NCBI GenBank assembly: GCA_024278345.1
Contig: JAJRTK010000512.1
Coordinates: 1 to 50,096, forward strand
Direction: 5' to 3'
Length of the DNA: 50,096 nucleotides
Source of the DNA: a bacterium
GTDB lineage: Bacteria > CSSED10-310 > JAJRTK01
Both the position numbers and the translations under genes were made by a program. This document shows positions 45,647 to 50,096 of this stretch, one piece after another. The notes below the pieces were generated by a model. It saw nothing but the letters and a program-made list of their open reading frames with translations. It was not told where the DNA came from and ran no database searches. Every line of letters starts with the position of its first letter. The first letter of the stretch is position 1.

Positions 45647-47668
45647 TCAGCCTACCAAAACATTTCCGTGAGGCAAGCGATAGGCGAGCCGGCTTTTCGA
45701 TTCTAGGAGCAGAACCAGGGTGAGCGGGCCGATCCGGCCGATGAACATCAGAACGATGATCACGAGCTTCCCGAAACTATCCAAAAGACCGGTTGTCCCT
45801 AGGGAGAGGCCCACGGTTGCCACGGCCGAAAACGCTTCGAAAACGAGAGATGGGAAAGAGCCCGACTGGGTGGCAAGAAGCAAAAGAACGCCTCCCGAAA
45901 CAAAGAGCAGCGACAATGTAATGACCACCGTCGCCTTGTAGACCGTGGCGACGGGGATGGTGCGGCCCATGACCTCGACTTCTTCTCTGCCCCGGATTGT
46001 CGATACCACTGCCGCCAATAAGACCATGATCGTCGTGACCTTGACACCTCCCCCGGTGGAGTTGGAGCAAGCTCCTACGAACATCAGCAACATCATGAAA
46101 AAAATTGTCGCCGACTGAAGTGTCCCATACGCCACACTGTTGAAGCCAGCCGTTCTACAGGTGACCGATTGGAAAAAGGCATTGAGCACCCGGTCCTGGA
46201 GCGGAAGTCCACCCAGCGAGGCGTCCCATTCCAACAACCCATAGACCAGAGTTCCAACCACGACCAGTGCCAACGTGCCAAGGAGAGACAAGCGCACGTG
46301 GATGGGGGTGGGACCCACCTCGGCCATCCCAATCAGGCGCCGGTAGAAAAGAGAGAGCACGCCAAAACCGATCCCACCAACCAAAATCAAGAGCGAAATG
46401 GTCAACAACCCGGGGACCGAGCCACGGAGCCCCACCAAGCTGTCGGAAAAGAGAGCGAAACCCGCGTTGCAGAACGCCGAGACGGAATGGAAAAGCCCGT
46501 ACCAACAACTTGTGGCAAGCCCGTATCCTTGCTTCAAGAAGACATTGGCCAAAAAAAGTGCGCCCACGAGCTCTATGGCAAGAGTGCCCAGCACAATGAA
46601 GCGTATGAGCGAAAAGAGCACGGCCGGGCGATCTGCTTCGTAAAGCGTCCCCAAGGCCGCCTCCGCTCGCAAGCCGATCCGGTGCCCCAAAAATAGCGAC
46701 GCAAAACTCGAAATCGTGATCATGCCCAGTCCCCCCACCTGGATCAGAACGAGCAAGACTACGTGGCCGAAGGTCGAAAAATCGACCGGTGTATCAAGAA
46801 CGATGAGACCCGTGACACAAGTGGCTGAAGTCGCCGTAAACAAAGCGTCCAAGAAACCGATGGGAGCGTGTGCCGACGCGACGGGAAAGCTCAGCAGAAT
46901 CGTGCCAACGGCGATGATCCCCGAAAAACTCAAGGCCAACATTTGCGCAGGGCGACGATAAAGGCCCTCCAGAATTCCCACGATAAGGTCGAGCTGGCGC
47001 ACAACGCCCCAAAGAAGAAAAATCTGACCCAAGGCGATCATCGTGAAAGCAAAGCTTGGGCGCACCACGAAAAGAAGAAGCGACAAAAACATGGCCAGCC
47101 ACCAAAACCTGGATTCCATAGGGCCGCGGGAGCCAGGCGGCAGCACAAAACGGGCTTCGATGACAGCCAGGGCCACCAAGATCGCCAGACAAAGATGCGT
47201 CCAGAGAGTTTGACTCAGCTCGTAGCCCACGAAGAGAAGGATGAGTACCAGCACCAGCAGATTGAGCCAGGTAACCGGTACCGCGAGAGAGCCATGGTCG
47301 GCATCTTCCAACCGGCACAACTGAACCATCCACACATTGGCCAGCGCGGCCACAGGCCACAATACCGCGTCGGGGGGAGAAAGAAAAAGAATCGGAAGAA
47401 CCGCGCAAAAACTGAGGAGCAGCGCATAAAATGCTGCCTTCCGTGGCAATATCCTCGACTGAAGGTAGACTCCAGCCGATCCAAGAGCCAAGAAACCCGT
47501 GAGGCCGAGCCCAACAGGCGTCACGACATCCGCCGGACCAAAAGCTCCACCAGGATCGGAGAGCACAAGATAGACCAGGCCATTCAGCGGGGCCAGCGCC
47601 AAGATCGGGTATTGCGGCGCTAACCAGCGTGGCCTATCCACCGATGATCTCATTCCCGCAAGCCTCAT
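45647..47668 (-). CDS. trkH: TrkH/KtrB-family potassium transporter with ~235-aa polytopic N-terminal extension
   Basis: 673 aa. The TrkH/KtrB core starts near residue 240 (FLDALFTATSATCVTGL, LIQVGGLGMIT, FCNAGF, GACSNSTGGGVKV). The N-terminal ~235 aa form about 6-7 additional hydrophobic helices. Confidence 0.85.
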   Translation of the reverse strand: MRLAGMRSSVDRPRWLAPQYPILALAPLNGLVYLVLSDPGGAFGPADVVTPVGLGLTGFLALGSAGVYLQSRILPRKAAFYALLLSFCAVLPILFLSPPDAVLWPVAALANVWMVQLCRLEDADHGSLAVPVTWLNLLVLVLILLFVGYELSQTLWTHLCLAILVALAVIEARFVLPPGSRGPMESRFWWLAMFLSLLLFVVRPSFAFTMIALGQIFLLWGVVRQLDLIVGILEGLYRRPAQMLALSFSGIIAVGTILLSFPVASAHAPIGFLDALFTATSATCVTGLIVLDTPVDFSTFGHVVLLVLIQVGGLGMITISSFASLFLGHRIGLRAEAALGTLYEADRPAVLFSLIRFIVLGTLAIELVGALFLANVFLKQGYGLATSCWYGLFHSVSAFCNAGFALFSDSLVGLRGSVPGLLTISLLILVGGIGFGVLSLFYRRLIGMAEVGPTPIHVRLSLLGTLALVVVGTLVYGLLEWDASLGGLPLQDRVLNAFFQSVTCRTAGFNSVAYGTLQSATIFFMMLLMFVGACSNSTGGGVKVTTIMVLLAAVVSTIRGREEVEVMGRTIPVATVYKATVVITLSLLFVSGGVLLLLATQSGSFPSLVFEAFSAVATVGLSLGTTGLLDSFGKLVIIVLMFIGRIGPLTLVLLLESKSRLAYRLPHGNVLVG

Positions 47669-47723
47669 CCCACCGGCATTCCGCAGCTATCTTATTCATT
47701 CGAGACTCCATCGGTGGCTCGGT

Positions 47724-48638
47724 TCAGCGGCGGCGCCGACGATGCTTTTTCTTCTTCCCCGCTACCGGCTTTTGCCTCACCTTCTTCTCTTTCTTCCGCG
47801 GACTTGGCTTTTCAGATGGTTCCGTAGCCTCCCCCGAAGACGCGTCAGCGGCGTCCACGGGACCATGGGAGAGAAGAGCGTGGAAAAAGCCAACAGCTTC
47901 GACATTTTCGGCCACGGTCAATCCGAATTCATAACGGGCGAACCAGTTGACGACACCTTCCAGAAAGTCGCCGTCCCGAAAGACGAACCGCAGCCTCTCA
48001 CCCCCCCGGATCTCTTCGAAAAAGTCCTCTTTATCGATCTTAAGGCGCTCTTTGAGATCCACGGTGGCAGAGAGACCCCGTTTCTGAACCTCTTCGTCCA
48101 CGCTCATCGCATTCCGCAGAACATCGATCTGCTCCGGCGAAAACAGCAAGACTTTGACGTCGTGCTTCTGGAGTACCTCGGTTCCCTCTTCGGCCTCGAA
48201 TTCGAATTCGTATTTCTCAACACCACACAAACGGCCAACCCGCCATGGTCGCCCAAAAGACAAGATGGCGAGATCGCAAGCCCGGTGCTCTTCTACATCA
48301 AAAATACTGTATCGGGCTTTCCAAAAACGACTGGCCCGCCTTTTACCGCGGGCGACAACTTTTTCCAAGGATGCGTGCCCCCGGGCCACCTGGCCAGCCA
48401 CAGAGGCGGAAAGCCCGTAATCTTCCATCAGCCTCCGAGCCTTTTCCCTCAGCATCATCTTCCGGAGGACATCGTTCAGAGTCGTGCGACCGTCAATGAC
48501 ATGGAAAGCCAAATGCAGAGGAATCCCGCTCCGTTGTGAGAGCTCTCGCGCCTTTTCCCGGCGTTCGAACTCACCCGAATCTCTTTTGCGAAACGGTCTC
48601 TTGGAGCCCACCGGTCGATGAGAAGTACGCAATGCCAT
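47724..48638 (-). CDS. hypothetical basic protein with two Hfq/Sm-like repeats and a Lys/Arg-rich tail (putative nucleic-acid binding)
   Basis: 304 aa. ATG 48638 is preceded by GAGGGGAGGGGAGG. Residues ~205-258 (FFEEIRGGERLRFVFRDGDFLEGVVNWFARYEFGLTVAENVEAVGFFHALLSH) follow the Hfq Sm1/Sm2 pattern. A weaker repeat lies at ~110-166. The tail is KKEKKVRQKPVAGKKKKHRRRRR. Confidence 0.5.
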   Translation of the reverse strand: MALRTSHRPVGSKRPFRKRDSGEFERREKARELSQRSGIPLHLAFHVIDGRTTLNDVLRKMMLREKARRLMEDYGLSASVAGQVARGHASLEKVVARGKRRASRFWKARYSIFDVEEHRACDLAILSFGRPWRVGRLCGVEKYEFEFEAEEGTEVLQKHDVKVLLFSPEQIDVLRNAMSVDEEVQKRGLSATVDLKERLKIDKEDFFEEIRGGERLRFVFRDGDFLEGVVNWFARYEFGLTVAENVEAVGFFHALLSHGPVDAADASSGEATEPSEKPSPRKKEKKVRQKPVAGKKKKHRRRRR

Positions 48639-48800
48639 GACCTCCCCTCCCCTCTTGTTGTTCCACCAAAGGTTTCTAAGTCACCGTGGAGCCCTCAGCC
48701 CCCGGAATACAATCACGCCCCGGAATCCCTACATTGGCAACCAGAACCGACAAGGTTATTCTAACCAAGCGAAAACCCAATCGCTCCCAAAAAAATCACC

Positions 48801-49943
48801 CTATGCATTTGTTTTGCTTTCTTTCAAGCGCATTATTTCTTCGGCTTCGCTCACCCACTCCCTCCACAAGGCCAGGAGGACTGATAAAATCGTCGGACCA
48901 ATAAAGAGCCCAATCAGCCCGAAAGCTCCCACGCCTCCAAGGACTCCGAAGAACACCAACAGATAGGGAATGCGGGTCGCGCCGCTGATAAAGTAAGGCC
49001 TGAGGACGTTGTCAATGGTACTCACCAGCAGAGCACCCCACAAGAGCAATAAGATTCCCTGGAAAACCAGACCTTGCATCAGCAACCACAATCCCGCCGG
49101 GACCCAAATCAGGGGAGCGCCAAAAGGAATCAGCGCCAGTAATCCCGTCGCTGCCCCCAAGAGGAGAGGGGCTCCAACCCCGGCAATGAGGTAACCGATG
49201 CCCGCCAAAACCCCCTGGGCCATGGCTGTCAACAGCAAACCGTAAACGACCGCGCGGATGGTCTGCCCTACATTCTGAAAACGCCGCTGAACCTGTTCGC
49301 CGGCAAATCGCCGTGCGACTTTTCGGGTTTGCTCCACAACCTCTTCCCCGGAAAGGTAGAAGAAGAAAAGTGTCAGCAGGGTCAAACCTAGCTTAACGAT
49401 GTTTTTCCCAAGGCGGCCGCCAAGATCGAGTGCCAGATCCTGAAACGACGATGCCTTTTTCAGAATGAGCGACTTGATGGATTCAGGGTCCTCGTGCCAC
49501 TGCTTTGCCAGAGTTTCCACGCGAACTCCGACGATGGGCAGTTCCTTGAGCCACGATGGCGCTTCGGGAGGAGCGTGCAGAACTTCCCTGGCCTTCGCCA
49601 TGGTCCCCTGGACCTCCGTGGCCAGCCTCCATGATCCATAGAGCACGGGAAGCGCAACCGCCACAATGATCAAGAGCAGCATGATCCAGGCCGCCAAGAT
49701 CTGGCGCCCTCCAAGCCGAGCCAACAGACCGCGGTAAGCGGGCCAAGTCGTGTAACAAAGGACCCCTGCCCAAGCGAGGGGCGACAAAAAGGGTTTGAGC
49801 ACGACGTAAGTGCCAAGGAACAGAAACACCAAGAGAGTGATTCCCACAAACCAGCGCATATCTCGTCCTGTCATTGCCTTGTTCCTCGCGTGAATTGTCT
49901 TAACACTCATGGGAGAATCGGCCTCGGTCATGGTACCGGCCAC
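48801..49943 (-). CDS. AI-2E family transporter (PerM/YhhT, UPF0118)
   Basis: About 370-380 aa. Polytopic, with the typical C-terminal half (LIPFGAPLIWVPAGLWLL, VSTIDNVLRPYFISG, FFGVLGGVGAFGLIGLFIGP). The start is uncertain: GTG 49943, ATG 49931 or ATG 49910. Confidence 0.8.
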   Translation of the reverse strand: MAGTMTEADSPMSVKTIHARNKAMTGRDMRWFVGITLLVFLFLGTYVVLKPFLSPLAWAGVLCYTTWPAYRGLLARLGGRQILAAWIMLLLIIVAVALPVLYGSWRLATEVQGTMAKAREVLHAPPEAPSWLKELPIVGVRVETLAKQWHEDPESIKSLILKKASSFQDLALDLGGRLGKNIVKLGLTLLTLFFFYLSGEEVVEQTRKVARRFAGEQVQRRFQNVGQTIRAVVYGLLLTAMAQGVLAGIGYLIAGVGAPLLLGAATGLLALIPFGAPLIWVPAGLWLLMQGLVFQGILLLLWGALLVSTIDNVLRPYFISGATRIPYLLVFFGVLGGVGAFGLIGLFIGPTILSVLLALWREWVSEAEEIMRLKESKTNA

Positions 49944-49977
49944 CCGAAAAAAGCACGCAGCGCAAAAAGATGTGGGT

Positions 49978-50074
49978 CCAGGGAGCTGGCTCCCTGGCGT
50001 GGGTCTGGGAGCGGCGCTCCCAGCGGAGGTCCGGAGGCAGAGCCTCCGCCGGGTTCCAGGGCTGGAAGCCCTGG
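49978..50074. repeat. array of four tandem GC-rich hairpins (REP/BIME-like)
   Basis: CCAGGGAGC-tg-GCTCCCTGG (49978-49997), CTGGGAGCG-g-CGCTCCCAG (50005-50023), CGGAGGC-aga-GCCTCCG (50032-50048) and CCAGGGCT-gga-AGCCCTGG (50056-50074). Hairpin starts are spaced 27, 27 and 24 nt apart. Confidence 0.7.
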
Positions 50075-50096
50075 GGCGGCGTCTGAAATCTGCACC

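Noticed and set aside
49970-50086. 38-aa Trp-rich small ORF (MWVQGAGSLAWVWERRSQRRSGGRASAGFQGWKPWGGV) running through the hairpin array
   Set aside because: It has no SD, and its sequence is dictated by the palindromic DNA. It is more likely a by-product of the repeats than a gene. Ribo-seq could test this.
1-50096. Search for a genomic island, mobile element, tRNA, rRNA, retron, DGR or toxin-antitoxin signatures
   Set aside because: No integrase, transposase, reverse transcriptase or phage-like ORFs were found. I saw no tRNA-like cloverleaf or T-loop sequences in the intergenic regions. The only visible compositional shift is the AT-rich promoter spacer at 12829-13025.

Overview
GC-rich (about 60% by eye) bacterial chromosomal window, densely coding on both strands. 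I recognised no transposase, integrase or phage genes, and no rRNA, tRNA or CRISPR array. (1) Positions 26-12828 form one eight-gene minus-strand operon. It joins an NAD(P)-type GltD/NfnB-like iron-sulfur flavoprotein, a Rieske protein, a fused cytochrome b6/subunit-IV protein and a membrane-anchored decahaem cytochrome c to a Tat-exported NapA-like molybdoenzyme, two NapG-like ferredoxins and a NapH/CcoG-like polyferredoxin with an extra C-terminal domain. An Fe-S-type Rrf2 regulator is transcribed divergently from it. This operon is the most unusual system in the window. (2) The remainder is mostly housekeeping or transport: orphan hyuB, a DAACS symporter, dcd, a PEBP protein, an MscK-like channel, phnDCE, sat/cysC, a Wzx-like flippase, hemL, an MBL hydrolase, TrkA/TrkH and an AI-2E transporter. 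(3) Less usual proteins are a 1871-aa eukaryote-like single-chain biotin carboxylase, two Ser/Thr kinases (one PknK-like kinase-AAA-TPR), a Tpt1(KptA)-Nudix fusion, an output-less 4HB-HAMP-PAS sensor coupled to trkA, and a basic protein with two Hfq/Sm-like repeats. (4) Non-coding structure includes a dispersed ~45-58-nt repeat family (four clear copies, one supplying the stop codon of hyuB), a perfect 27-nt palindromic direct repeat between convergent genes, and four tandem hairpins at the right edge. All calls come from reading the ORF translations and the DNA by eye. No database search was run, so family assignments rest on motif recognition and start codons on SD or overlap context.
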